The notes beneath the pieces are model-generated. The model was not told where the DNA came from and ran no database searches. It saw only the letters and a program-made list of their open reading frames with translations. A stretch of DNA of 64,000 nt from Candidatus Palauibacter poriticola (GTDB lineage Bacteria; Gemmatimonadota; Gemmatimonadetes; Palauibacterales; Palauibacteraceae): NCBI GenBank assembly GCA_012270965.1, contig JAAXHJ010000082.1:20919-84918 (forward strand). Direction: 5' to 3'. The position numbers and the translations under genes were made by a program. Positions 10,172-20,433 of the stretch are shown here, piece by piece (the stretch's first letter is position 1; every line of letters starts with the position of its first letter).

Positions 10172-10268
10172 ACGGGCAGGAAGGCGCTATATTATAGAGA
10201 GTGATCTGTGTCCGGATCCGGCGTTGGGTGCGGCGTTGGGTGCAGGGACGATGGAGGGGGGGGACGCC

Positions 10269-10415
10269 ATGAAGAAGCTCGGGATCGCGCTGGCGCTCGT
10301 CGCAAGCATCGCGATGATCGTCGTCGGGCAGCGTCAGGTCGGCCAGAAGGATGTGCGGACGCAGAAGGCGGACATCCAGGGGGTCGATTCCGAAAACGAG
10401 GCCTTGTTCATCTAG
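10269..10415 (+). CDS. Small (48 aa) membrane or secreted peptide
   Basis: 'MKKLGIALALVASIAMIVVGQRQ...' has a positively charged N-terminus followed by a hydrophobic helix. An AT-rich box lies about 75 bp upstream. Confidence 0.35.
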   Translation: MKKLGIALALVASIAMIVVGQRQVGQKDVRTQKADIQGVDSENEALFI

Positions 10416-10535
10416 CAGCCCGGGGACACGGGCTGCCAGCGGGACGACCGGCGGCCTCGCCGGTCCTTCCGTCCGAAGCACCGCCGGGCACTCTCGCGTC
10501 CGGCGGCGGCGCAGCGCGACAGGTGCGGGGCACCG

Positions 10536-11829
10536 GATGAATCCAGCCAGCAGACCGCGGCGAGACCCCGCGTCAGCGCCGAGAGCGGTACAGCGAGCCC
10601 GACGGGTCGGCTTGCGCGGTCGTCTGCTCCGAATTGCCTTGGTGCTGCACGCGGTGGGGCTCGCTGCATGCTCCGGAGAGAGCTTCGGCCCGTTGACCGG
10701 GTTCTCGAACTGCTCGCTTCCGCTCACGAACTTCACGGACGCCGGCGTGGAGCGCTCGAGCATTCCGGCGCTCACGAATCCGGATGTCGCCACGCGGCTC
10801 ATCGCGCCCCACGTCGGGTACGTCAACCGCAGCGATCTCGTGATCGGGCTCGAATTCAACGGCCAGCCCCTCGCCATACCCTTGAAGCTCCTCTGGTACC
10901 ACGAGGTTCTGAACCTGCAGGCCGACGCCGACCCGTCCGACCCGGATGCGACGGGAGAACGGCTCACGGTCACCTACTCGCCGCTCACGGGGTCGGTCAG
11001 CGTCTTCGATCCGGAGCCGAGCGGCACACCCGACTTCGCGGTATCCAACTACGTTCTCGACAACAACCTCGTGATGGACGACGGCTCCGGCACGCTCTAC
11101 CCTCAGTTGGCGCGCTCCGCCACGTGCGGCCCGGCGGACGGCAGCAGCCTGCAACGCGTGCCGTACGAGTTGATGTTGTACGGGGCTTGGCTCCAGATCT
11201 TTCTGGACACTTGGATCGCGACACGCGCGACGGGGCACGACTTCCTTTACACGCTCTACCCCTACGGGAACTACCGGGACCCGGACAACGCCTCGCTGTT
11301 CTATCCGACCTCCGCCCCGATTGATCCACGCCGAAAGCCGAAGGAGCGCGTGGTCGGCGTTCCCGCGGGAACCGGCGGCATCGCGTTCGCCATCGCGGAC
11401 CTGAGAGAAGTGGCGGCCCGGGACCAGGAGGGCCAGAGCACGTTCGTCTGGGCCGCGAGCGCAATGGCGCGCGGCGAGCCGGTCGTTGCGTTCTGGAACT
11501 CCCGCGCTCAGAGCGCGAGGATCTACCGGGCGCGAGCCAACGGGCGCCCGCTCACCTTCGAGGTCGTCGATGGTCGCCGGCAGGACGTGGAGACGGGGAG
11601 CGTGTGGAATTTTGCGGGCGAGGCCGTGGAGGGACCGCTGGATGGCGAACAGCTGGAGGCCCACCCCGAGGCGTACCACGCTTTCTGGTTCGCCTGGGCG
11701 GCGTTTCAGCCGGACGCGGATGTGTGGGTGGCGCCGATTCCCCTCACCGGGTCCGCAGACTTCATTCCGACGGACGACGCGACGCTGCTGCCGCCCGATC
11801 CGGATCTGACGAGACGGCGTCCGCGCTGA
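10536..11829 (+). CDS. DUF3179-like secreted lipoprotein
   Basis: The lipobox 'HAVGLAACSG' is present. The core 'LVIGLEFNGQPLAIPLKLLWYHEVLN...VTYSPLTGS' matches the DUF3179 pattern as I recall it. The start was chosen at ATG 10536; a later GTG is also possible. Confidence 0.65.
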
Positions 11830-11931
11830 GGCGCGGCTCCGCCCGGCTGTTGGAGATCAACGCGTCCCGGCGGCGTCAGCGTGGGACCTTCCGGCGGCGT
11901 CAGCGTGGCCCGGCGTCAGCGTGGCCCGGCG

Positions 11932-13146
11932 TCAGCGTGGTCCGGGCAACGCGGGCAACGCGTACTGCTCGAGCCAGGCGAAACCGAGTTCGTCGCTTCG
12001 GACCAAGTAGGCGCTCTCCGCTCCGAAGGCGACGAGCCGCCGCTCCTCGGGCAGTTGCACCTGGGCGACCCGCAGCCCGCCCGCGTCGAACACATCGTAC
12101 AGGTGCGCGTCGCCCGCGCGCACATGGCGCCGGACCCACGCCCGGCCGTCCGCATCGACGGCGACCGCCGCGGCCGGAATCACCGGCTTCACATCGGGCC
12201 ACTCGTAGTCGGAGGGATCCGCATCACCCGCGCCCGAAGGCGCGCGGCTCATGGACATCCGCATCCCGCTCCCGTCGTTCGTGGCCTCGACGCGCAAACC
12301 TCCCCCGAGGCCCTCGAGCCACTCATCTTGGTCCGCCCGGCGCACCGGCACTGGTTCGTAGGGTATCTCGGGCCCCCGCGTGACCCCGCCTGCGGAGTCC
12401 AGCCACTCCAGTCGGTAACCGTCCGCGCGAGCGACCGCCACGCGGCCGTCCCAGGCCACGCTCCACGAATCCTGGTCGGAAAACGGTACCGGCCGGATGC
12501 TCACGCTGCGGTTGTCGGCGTCCCCCGACTCCTCCCGCGTCTGTTGCGCGAGCCGGACCCGGCCGACCTCGAAGACCTCGCCCGTCGCCGGATCGAAGCG
12601 CGCCACGGCCGCCGAATCCGATGTCCCTCCCATCCCGTCGAGGCGCCGCTGGAAGTAGATTCCGCCGTCTCGGTCGGTCCCCACCGGAATCATCATCGTC
12701 ATCCCGGCATTCGGCCCACCTTGAGCGATGGGCCACGTCTCGCCGAAGCTGAGGTCCGCTTCGATGCGGGCGAGCCGCGCGTTGCCGAGGTCGACGAGGA
12801 GCGTCCCGCCGTCCGGAAGCGGGAAGAGACCGTCCGGCGTCCGATACTCCTCCGGACCCTGGCCCGTGTTCGTCAACGTGTCCGCGCCGCCCCCGGGCGT
12901 CCACGCGATGACCGCGGCGCCGAAGCCGTCCGCCAGGAGCACGCGCCCGTCCTCGAGTTCGCGGACGCCACGCATGGAGCCAAGGCCGTCCCTGAAGGCC
13001 GCGCCCGCCCGCCCGAACGAAACCCGCGGCGCCTCCTGCGCCTCCGCCACGCGCACCAACGCAAGGGACAACCCCACCGCAAGAAACAACCCCGCCGCCA
13101 CCAGCCCCACGCGGATCACACCGACGTTCCGTGCCGTGTTCATCAT
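11932..13146 (-). CDS. Secreted hypothetical protein (possible beta-propeller)
   Basis: The signal peptide is 'MMNTARNVGVIRVGLVAAGLFLAVGLSLALVRVAEAQ' and a GGAG RBS precedes the start. Repeated Gly/Asp-rich segments are present. The region upstream of M37 in the ORF track is judged non-coding. Confidence 0.6.
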   Translation of the reverse strand: MMNTARNVGVIRVGLVAAGLFLAVGLSLALVRVAEAQEAPRVSFGRAGAAFRDGLGSMRGVRELEDGRVLLADGFGAAVIAWTPGGGADTLTNTGQGPEEYRTPDGLFPLPDGGTLLVDLGNARLARIEADLSFGETWPIAQGGPNAGMTMMIPVGTDRDGGIYFQRRLDGMGGTSDSAAVARFDPATGEVFEVGRVRLAQQTREESGDADNRSVSIRPVPFSDQDSWSVAWDGRVAVARADGYRLEWLDSAGGVTRGPEIPYEPVPVRRADQDEWLEGLGGGLRVEATNDGSGMRMSMSRAPSGAGDADPSDYEWPDVKPVIPAAAVAVDADGRAWVRRHVRAGDAHLYDVFDAGGLRVAQVQLPEERRLVAFGAESAYLVRSDELGFAWLEQYALPALPGPR

Positions 13147-13165
13147 CGAATCTCCGCCGGTCCTC

Positions 13166-13477
13166 TTACCGGTGCTCTTCGGGCTCGTCCCATGTCTGAG
13201 CCCAGAATTCATCCTCCTCGGCCCTCGCCAACTCGAGATCCACCGGTTCGACATCCTCCGCGTCCACGCGGCCCACCGTCTCGATGCGCTGCACGATCTC
13301 GTCCGTCACACCGGTGCGGGTCTGGCGACGCAGATGGCTCCGGCGTCTCCAGCCGGCCACCGCGACCAGCACCGCAAGCGCCACGAAAATGTAACCGGTC
13401 ACCGCATTCCACTGCTCTCGACTGCCGGCGGACTGTGGCGGGACCCCGCGTGGCGTCTCCCGGAATCCGCAGGCCAC
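13166..13477 (-). CDS. Small hypothetical single-TM protein with acidic C-terminus
   Basis: 103 aa ORF that fills the gap between two minus-strand genes. A TM helix 'YIFVALAVLVAVAGW' is present. There is no homology support. Confidence 0.3.
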   Translation of the reverse strand: MACGFRETPRGVPPQSAGSREQWNAVTGYIFVALAVLVAVAGWRRRSHLRRQTRTGVTDEIVQRIETVGRVDAEDVEPVDLELARAEEDEFWAQTWDEPEEHR

Positions 13478-13531
13478 GGAAAGACGCCGCGCGGGCGAGT
13501 AGCCCGTGGCGAAAGCCCCGCGACGGGGTTG

Positions 13532-16258
13532 CTAGAGTCCCAGCCAGTGCTCGAACTTCACGAGGAAGATATTGGTGGAGGGAATCCGCGCGAGGTCCGT
13601 CAGATCCTCGCCGAGGCGAAACGATCCGTCGTTGCGGAACGATTGCTGGTCGCGGCTCCAGACGAGGAACACGGTCGATCCGGGCCGGTACTGCCAGCGC
13701 AGAACCAGGTTGGAGCGGAACGACTTCACGTTGAAGTCGGGGTCCCCGAAGCCGAAGTCCGCCGTCCCGTCCCGGTCGGCGTCGACTTGGTAGAGTCCGA
13801 AGCCGTTCGCCTCCACGCGCCGGATCTCGTCCTCGCCGTACGTCCGGAAGCGGTCGGCGAAATCGGCGGCCCGCGGATCATCGACTTCCATGAAACGGTC
13901 GTAGCTCCCCGCGCTCACGAAGGGCTGGGCGTAGAACTGAAGGGAGAGATCCGGGCTGAACGTGTAGTTGAGGCGCGTCGTGATCGAGACGGTCTGCTGG
14001 CGCAGACGCGCGAACACGTAGTGCGTCCCGTCGGAGGCGCCGGGCCGCGAGACGAACTGCCACGCCCGATCGTTCCACTGCAGGCTCGGGCCGAGGTTGA
14101 GCTGGAGGCGGCTCGACGGCTGGAGCATCAGGTTCGGCGACACGCCCCAGCGCCGGGTCGGGGTGGCGTACTCTCCTCCCGCGTTGAAGACGGCTCCGAG
14201 GCGCACCGGCTTGCGGGTGTCCGTGAACACGCCGCCCCAGGTGCTCCACCCGCTCGGTTGGTAGAGGGTGGGCCCTCCGCGCAGCGCCGTGGTGGCGAGT
14301 CCCGACCACTCCTGGTTGAACCCGGCGAAGCCGCGCCAGAAGTTCTTGAGCTGGAAATTCCCATTCACGTTGCCGCCCGTGAACTGCCGCTCGCCGCCGA
14401 ACGTCCAGCCGGACCATGTCGCCGCGTTCACTCCCCAGCTCCGAAACGGCCCCTGCGGACGGAACTGGTCGTAGTTCACCCAGACCGCCCCGACCCGGTA
14501 ATCCGCATTCTGCTGGAATCCGAGGTCGTTCGCTTCGAAGCCGGGCGAACGGTTCTCGCCGAACAGTCCGTAGCGCCAGTTTCCGCCTCCCACCCTCGAG
14601 AAACTGATCGTCGACGTGCTGCCGGAGAGACGCGTGCGGGTGGGGTCCAGCCCGTGCTTGGAGTCCGGGCTCTGGAAGTAGTGGACGGAGGAACGCTGGA
14701 TGCGCTCGATCGCCTCCGCGCTCCCGCTCACCGTGCTCCCGATCACATGACCGTTGATCTCGTAGTTGCCGTTCCCGAACCGATGCCGGAAGTCGATCCC
14801 TCCCGTGTACGCTTGGTCCGCGAGAAAGGCGAGCGTCCCCGCGCCGTCCAGGCGCCGGTTCGTGGCGGTGGCGATGACGCCGACGGCGCTCTCTCCGTCG
14901 CGGAAGTCCTTGATGACCCGCGCCACGGCGTAGTTGGTCATCGGCTCCACGAGCTGCTCGCCGGATGTGCCCCCCGGCGAAATGAAGCGCGCGTTCTCGC
15001 TTGAAGTGAGGGCATCGAGGAAGCCGATCGACCAGCCGTCCGCCGTTTTCCCGGACAGTTTCGCCGCTCCGAGAATGCTCGTCGCCTCCGGCACATCGCG
15101 GTAGTCCGCCGGACTCGTCACGGATCCTTGGGGCGTCCGCCCGATCCGGCGGCTGTAGAAGAGCGACTCGTTGTTGTCATCGCCCCCGCCGAAGTCAAAA
15201 CCGAAGATGTCCGATCCCTCCTGGAAGAACGGCCGCTTCTCGGGAAAGAACGTCTCGAACGCGCTGAGGTTCACGACCGAGGGATCCGCCTCGACCTGCC
15301 CGAAGTCGGGGTTGACGGTGACGTCGAGCGTTAGATTCTCCGTGATTCCGTACTTCAGATCGCCCCCCACGGTCTGGCGCAGGGCCGTGGCCGCGTAGAA
15401 CGGATCATCCGTGGTTCCCGGCGCCCGCGTCGCCGAAGAGAGGACGTAGGGCCGGACCTCCAGACTGCGGCGCGGCCGCAGGCCCCGAAGGCCGCTCAGC
15501 GTGCCGAAGGCGGAAACGACCCGCGAGCGGTCCTCCGGCAGGGGCGACCACGCGCTCGCCTCCTCCAAGCGGGCGATCTCGCGCAGGAAGTTGATGCCCC
15601 ACGTGCTTCCGGAACCTTCGTCCGATGAGCCGGCGAAGCGAAGTTGCGAGAGGGGGATCCGAAGTTCGGCCGTCCAGCCCGTTTCATCCGTGCGCGTCGC
15701 GCTCTCCCACACGGCGTCCCAATCGTCGTCCTCCTGCGTGTCGGAGAACATCAGCGCGTCGCTCTGAACCCCCGCCACGCTGACGGAGAAACGGAACGCC
15801 GTGCGGCGATCGAAGTAGCTGTCGACCGCGACGTGGAAGGCGTCCGTCGTGACCTGCTCATCGCGGCGCGCGAGCCGGCGGATGATCCCGTCGGGATCGC
15901 GGTCGTGCATCCGCGCGCCGATGTAGATGGCGTCGTCCGCGTAGAGGACCCGGACCTCGGTGCGCTCGCTCGCCGGCTCGCCCGGGTCGGGCTGGACCTG
16001 AACGAAGTCGGTGGCAACCGAAGCTCCGTTCCACGCGGGTTCGTCCAGCCGCCCGTCGATCTGCGGCGCCTCCGCGGCCCGGACGGCTTGGAGCGCCGGA
16101 GCCGCGGCGGCCCGCCCGTGTGTCTCGCCGCCGGTCGCGGAGTCCTGCGCCGCAAGCGGTGCGGCCAGGCCCATCAAGAGCGCGAATGCCGCCAACCGGC
16201 GCAGCGGGGCGGCGGAATCTATCGAAAACCAGGAGAATCCCAACGTGACCTTCCTCAT
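13532..16258 (-). CDS. CBM9-like / DUF5916 domain outer-membrane protein
   Basis: 908 aa protein with a signal peptide. An N-terminal CBM9-like region ('IDGRLDEPAWNGA...') is followed by a long beta-rich C-terminal region. This architecture is common in Bacteroidota and Gemmatimonadota. Confidence 0.75.
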   Translation of the reverse strand: MRKVTLGFSWFSIDSAAPLRRLAAFALLMGLAAPLAAQDSATGGETHGRAAAAPALQAVRAAEAPQIDGRLDEPAWNGASVATDFVQVQPDPGEPASERTEVRVLYADDAIYIGARMHDRDPDGIIRRLARRDEQVTTDAFHVAVDSYFDRRTAFRFSVSVAGVQSDALMFSDTQEDDDWDAVWESATRTDETGWTAELRIPLSQLRFAGSSDEGSGSTWGINFLREIARLEEASAWSPLPEDRSRVVSAFGTLSGLRGLRPRRSLEVRPYVLSSATRAPGTTDDPFYAATALRQTVGGDLKYGITENLTLDVTVNPDFGQVEADPSVVNLSAFETFFPEKRPFFQEGSDIFGFDFGGGDDNNESLFYSRRIGRTPQGSVTSPADYRDVPEATSILGAAKLSGKTADGWSIGFLDALTSSENARFISPGGTSGEQLVEPMTNYAVARVIKDFRDGESAVGVIATATNRRLDGAGTLAFLADQAYTGGIDFRHRFGNGNYEINGHVIGSTVSGSAEAIERIQRSSVHYFQSPDSKHGLDPTRTRLSGSTSTISFSRVGGGNWRYGLFGENRSPGFEANDLGFQQNADYRVGAVWVNYDQFRPQGPFRSWGVNAATWSGWTFGGERQFTGGNVNGNFQLKNFWRGFAGFNQEWSGLATTALRGGPTLYQPSGWSTWGGVFTDTRKPVRLGAVFNAGGEYATPTRRWGVSPNLMLQPSSRLQLNLGPSLQWNDRAWQFVSRPGASDGTHYVFARLRQQTVSITTRLNYTFSPDLSLQFYAQPFVSAGSYDRFMEVDDPRAADFADRFRTYGEDEIRRVEANGFGLYQVDADRDGTADFGFGDPDFNVKSFRSNLVLRWQYRPGSTVFLVWSRDQQSFRNDGSFRLGEDLTDLARIPSTNIFLVKFEHWLGL

Positions 16259-16471
16259 GCAGCACCGAACCAGAAACCTTGCGAAGTAGGACGCGTCGAG
16301 CCGTCGAAAGGTTGCGGCCGCGTGCGCCCCGGCACTCCATGGTAAGAGCCCCGCGAGCGCCTCACCGCTCTCGGTGCCGACGCGGGGGTCTCGCCACGGA
16401 TTGCCAGCGGAAACGAGGCCGGTGAGGAGAAAGTTGCAGCGGGTTAGCCGCCCGCGTCGCCGCTCTCGGCG

Positions 16472-17455
16472 CTAAGGAGGGGTTTCGCCGCGGCCTGCCA
16501 GGCGGGCGATCTCCGCCTCGGACGCGATGTAGCCGAACCCCGCCCACCCGGAACCCTCGAGGATGCGGCCGTACATCTCCGCCGCCTGCGCCTCGCGGCC
16601 GTTGTAGAGGTGCCAGGTCGCGACTCCGTAGGCCACCGCCACGCCCGCCGGATCCCCGCTCTCGGGATCCCACAGGTCGTCGGCCTCGAGTTCCCCCCTG
16701 TACATGAGGAGGAGCCGGTGATAGCTGCTGTTCTCGATGACATCGAGGTCCGCCGTCACGGGTTCGAGGACGGCCGCCGCCTCCGCGTCGCGGCCCAGGC
16801 GGCGGAGCGCCATGTACCACCAGTGCGAAATGGCCACGAGCTGGTCGGGGTTCGTCGTGACCGCCCCGTAGTCCTCGTAGGAGGGCAGCGCTCCCTCGAA
16901 GTCGCCCTGTAGATAACGGGCCAGCGCCAGATGGTAGTGGATGTTCGACTGCAGCGTGCTCGTCGGGATGCCGCGCGCGTTGGGCTGGCCGTCCGGCTCG
17001 ACCTCGTCCGGCTCGCCCCGAACGAGGTCGGCGGCGTGGGAGAGGTCCTCGATCGCGCGGTCGAACTCCCGCACGCTGATCCAGCGGTGTCCTCGATGAC
17101 GGTACATGCGCGCGTCGTCGGGGTGCTTCTCGATCCCTTCCGAGAAGATCCCGATCGCGTCGCGAAAGGCCCCCGTGTACCCGACGCGCCGACCGAGCCA
17201 GATGATCGCGTCCGCATCGTCGGGATCCGCGTCGTAGTCCCCGCGCGCGACTTCGATGTCGCGTGCCTGCCGCGCCGCGACGTCCGCCGAAGCGGGGGAT
17301 GGATAGAGAGGTTCGCCGAGGAGGGAGATCGCCTCCGCCCCCTCCGGGAGTCGGTCCGCGACGCCGGGTCCCGCAGTCTCGTCCGGCGCCTCGTCGCAGG
17401 CCGCCAGACACAGCGCAGACATAAGCAGACCAAGCTTCGTTCGATGGCGTCTCAT
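16472..17455 (-). CDS. TPR-like lipoprotein, hypothetical
   Basis: The lipoprotein signal 'MRRHRTKLGLLMSALCLAACDE' is followed by helical repeat-like sequence. The start was taken at M26 of the listed ORF. Confidence 0.6.
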   Translation of the reverse strand: MRRHRTKLGLLMSALCLAACDEAPDETAGPGVADRLPEGAEAISLLGEPLYPSPASADVAARQARDIEVARGDYDADPDDADAIIWLGRRVGYTGAFRDAIGIFSEGIEKHPDDARMYRHRGHRWISVREFDRAIEDLSHAADLVRGEPDEVEPDGQPNARGIPTSTLQSNIHYHLALARYLQGDFEGALPSYEDYGAVTTNPDQLVAISHWWYMALRRLGRDAEAAAVLEPVTADLDVIENSSYHRLLLMYRGELEADDLWDPESGDPAGVAVAYGVATWHLYNGREAQAAEMYGRILEGSGWAGFGYIASEAEIARLAGRGETPP

Positions 17456-17770
17456 TGTCTCCTCGCGAGAGGGGTCTCCACGCGGCTCGCAAAACCCGGG
17501 CCGGATCGCGACCGTACGGCGGACGGCCACACTTCACATCAAGCCGGACTCGCGGGCGCGCCGCAAGGGCCACGTCCGCCGCCCGATGAACGACATCGCC
17601 GTCGTCGGTCTCGGCAACTCCGAACCGGACGGCTATCTTGACGAATGCGGCGTCTTCGTAGAGCCGCCTGATCCGCGCGGGCCCGGCACCGGAGCGGGGC
17701 CTTGCGAAGCGTGGAGTGCCAGCGGGCGGGGCGACGGACCCCGGCCCCACCAGAAACGGACGGAGGTTTC

Positions 17771-18211
17771 ATGAAGAAGCGTTTGCTCAGGTTGTGCGTG
17801 CCATTCATCGTCGCGACCGTTATCGTCGGCTGCGGGGGAGACGGTCCCGCGGACCCGGACCCGCCCGCCGTCGAGCCACCGCCCAACCTCTCGGGTACCT
17901 ACGACCTCCAGTCCCTGACCCAATCCGGGGTGACGCTCGTTCCGCCGGCCGCCACGGGTACCTTCACGCTCACCCAGACGTCGTCCTCCGGCGACACCGC
18001 GACGGGTACCCTGAGTCTGAGTGTCCAAGTACCCGTCGTTGGGCTCATCGAGGACGAGGGCACGTTCACCGTCCGCACGGACGGGAGTTGGGAGCAGATG
18101 GGGCAGCAGGGGCAGGCCCTGGGCACGTTCACGCTGGCGGGCAGCGTTCTTACGGTGATGGTGACCGAGCCTCCGGCCGCAGTGTCGACGACGGTTTGGC
18201 GGCGGCGGTAG
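17771..18211 (+). CDS. Small lipoprotein, hypothetical
   Basis: A GGAGG RBS precedes 'MKKRLLRLCVPFIVATVIVGCGGDG'. The protein is Thr/Ser/Gly-rich. Its stop overlaps the TTG start of the TonB-dependent receptor gene. Confidence 0.55.
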   Translation: MKKRLLRLCVPFIVATVIVGCGGDGPADPDPPAVEPPPNLSGTYDLQSLTQSGVTLVPPAATGTFTLTQTSSSGDTATGTLSLSVQVPVVGLIEDEGTFTVRTDGSWEQMGQQGQALGTFTLAGSVLTVMVTEPPAAVSTTVWRRR

Positions 18212-20361
18212 CCGGCGGCGTACGCCGGTGTCTCGCGGCAGGCGCGGCGCTCGCCCTCCTCCTGGCGAGCGACCGGCTCGCTGCCCAAGCCCAGGATGAG
18301 GTGCGCGGCCGCGTTCTGGACGCGGAGACGGGTGCGCCCCTCGCCGGGGCCACCGTACTCATCCGCGACACCCCGTTACGCACGACGACGTGGCGCGATG
18401 GCGGTTTCGCGATCCCCTCGCCGTCCGGCGGCGCCTATACGCTGATCGTCGTCGCGGATGGCTTCCATGCCTCCGAACGCCGCATCGACCCCGATACAGC
18501 CGGCGAACTCAGCATCCTGCTCGAGCGCCGCATGTTCGACGTTCCCGAGTTGACCGTCACCGCCAGCCGCTCCGCCGCCCGGTCGGGCGAGGCCCCGGTG
18601 AGCGTCGCGGTCATGAGCGGCGACGAACTCGGCAACCGCGACATCGTGACGCTCGACGAAGCGCTTCCGTTCGCGCAGGGTGTGATCTTCAATTCCGGCC
18701 AGATGGACATCCGCGGCGCCACCGGCCTCGCGCGGGGCGTCGGAAGCCGCGTTCTCATGCTCCTCGACGGCCACCGCATGCTCTCCGGCGTGGGTGCCTC
18801 CATCGATTTCAGCGGTCTGCCCGTGCTGGACGTGGACCAGATCGAGATCGTGAAGGGTCCGCATTCCACCCTGTGGGGGACGAATGCGCTGGGCGGCGTC
18901 GTGAACGTGATCACGAAGCGGCCGTCGGCGGAGCCCGAGACGATCGTGCGCGGGTACGTCGGCCTCTTCGACACGCCGGCCCAACATTCATTCACGGACG
19001 AGCGGCTGAGCAGGGAGGGGATCGTGCTCCAACATTCCCGCCGCCTCGGCGATGTCGGCGCCACCGTGCACGTCGCGCGCGAGGAATCGGACGGGTTCCG
19101 GCAGAACGGCGCGCTGGCGCGCTGGCGGGTGCGGCTCAAGACGGTCTTCCCGGCGGAGTCCTCCCATCCTTGGGAGATCTTCGTCAACTGGAAGCGGAAG
19201 GACGAAGAGGAGTTCTTCACCTGGCTCTCACAGGAACGTCCGCTCGAAGTCGATCCGGCCGAACTCGGGGACTGGATTCGGACGGACGATCTCGTCCTCG
19301 GGGTGACGGCCAACCCGATCGTGACGCCGACGCAGCGCGTGCAGGTGCGGCCGCACGTCTACCACGCGCGATCCCAGAACCATTTTCACGACAACGAGGA
19401 TTCCCACCGATCGACGCGCATCGGCACCGATGTTCAGTGGTCCCTCTTCCCCAACCGTTCGCATGCGCTGACGATCGGGGCGGAAGGCGCCTTCACCGGC
19501 GTGACCTCGAACTTCTTGGAGCCGCCGCCCGACGTGACGGACCTCGCGCTGTTCGCACAGGATGAGATCACCTTCTCCGACCGGGTTCGAGGCTCGCTCG
19601 GCCTGAGACTCGACTACCACAGCGCCTCGGCCGCGATGGCGGACCGGTTCGTCAATCCGAAGCTCGGGATCGTCTTCGAGGCGAGTGATCGGTTGAGCCT
19701 GCGCGGATCCCTCAGTCGCGGATATCGGGCGCCGAGCGTGTCCGAACAGTTCACGTCGACGACCCAGTTCGGCTTTCGAGTCATCCCCAATCTCAAGCTG
19801 CGGGGAGAATACGCGTGGGCCCGCGAGGTGGCGGCGACGGTGAACCTGAGCGATCGCGTTTGGTTCGACGCCGGACTCTTCTGGAGCGACTACACCGATC
19901 TCATCGAACCGGCGCCGGCACCCAACAACGTGTTCGTGTTTCAGTTCCGCAACGTCGCCGAAGCGATGGTCCGGGGGTTGGACGCGGGTCTGCGGATCAG
20001 CGTCATCCCGCATCGTCTGGACCTAAGCTCGAGCTACACCTTCCTCGACACCGAGGACCACCGGACCGGGCGCCCCCTCCCCTACCGTTCGCGCCACAAC
20101 TTCACCGCGACCGCCACCGGCTGGAGCGGTGCCGTCGCCATCGACTTCCGCCACCGGAGCCGCGTGGAGCAGGTGCTTGCCTTCCCGCTCGACGAGCGGA
20201 ACGCCATCACTCTCGTCGACGTCCGCCTGGGCACCCGGATCTTGGGGACCCGCGTACAGGCGAAGATCGAGAACCTCTTCCAGACGACCTACGTGGACGT
20301 GCAGGAACGGAGTCCGGGACCGACCCGCAGCTTCCGCCTCACCGTAACTCCCCGCTTCTAG
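18196..20361 (+). CDS. TonB-dependent receptor with N-terminal carboxypeptidase-regulatory-like domain
   Basis: The signal peptide is 'LAAAVAGGVRRCLAAGAALALLLASDRLAAQAQ'. A CarbopepD_reg-like motif ('VRGRVLDAETGAPLAGATVLI') is followed by a plug domain ('DIRGATG...IEIVKGPHSTLWG..ALGGVVNVITK') and a C-terminal '...TPRF'. Confidence 0.8.
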   Translation: MAAAVAGGVRRCLAAGAALALLLASDRLAAQAQDEVRGRVLDAETGAPLAGATVLIRDTPLRTTTWRDGGFAIPSPSGGAYTLIVVADGFHASERRIDPDTAGELSILLERRMFDVPELTVTASRSAARSGEAPVSVAVMSGDELGNRDIVTLDEALPFAQGVIFNSGQMDIRGATGLARGVGSRVLMLLDGHRMLSGVGASIDFSGLPVLDVDQIEIVKGPHSTLWGTNALGGVVNVITKRPSAEPETIVRGYVGLFDTPAQHSFTDERLSREGIVLQHSRRLGDVGATVHVAREESDGFRQNGALARWRVRLKTVFPAESSHPWEIFVNWKRKDEEEFFTWLSQERPLEVDPAELGDWIRTDDLVLGVTANPIVTPTQRVQVRPHVYHARSQNHFHDNEDSHRSTRIGTDVQWSLFPNRSHALTIGAEGAFTGVTSNFLEPPPDVTDLALFAQDEITFSDRVRGSLGLRLDYHSASAAMADRFVNPKLGIVFEASDRLSLRGSLSRGYRAPSVSEQFTSTTQFGFRVIPNLKLRGEYAWAREVAATVNLSDRVWFDAGLFWSDYTDLIEPAPAPNNVFVFQFRNVAEAMVRGLDAGLRISVIPHRLDLSSSYTFLDTEDHRTGRPLPYRSRHNFTATATGWSGAVAIDFRHRSRVEQVLAFPLDERNAITLVDVRLGTRILGTRVQAKIENLFQTTYVDVQERSPGPTRSFRLTVTPRF

Positions 20362-20433
20362 CCCGAAGTTCGGGCCCGAATCGGCCCGCGATTCGCCGCA
20401 AGCTCCGGCGTCGTGTCCCTTACGGCGCCGTGG

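Noticed and set aside
11881-15004. Long plus-strand ORFs 11881..13734 and 12728..15004
   Set aside because: They are antisense to the secreted protein gene and the DUF5916 gene, and are Arg/Pro/Gly-rich low-complexity translations.
16362-17750. 462 aa minus-strand ORF 16362..17750 and overlapping ORFs 16756..17433-, 16931..17641+
   Set aside because: They are alternative frames of the TPR-like lipoprotein gene. The real frame has a lipoprotein signal and a balanced composition.
17716-18195. Upstream 160 codons of the listed TonB-dependent receptor ORF (17716..20361)
   Set aside because: This region overlaps the small lipoprotein gene, which has its own RBS and signal peptide. The receptor signal peptide begins at TTG 18196.
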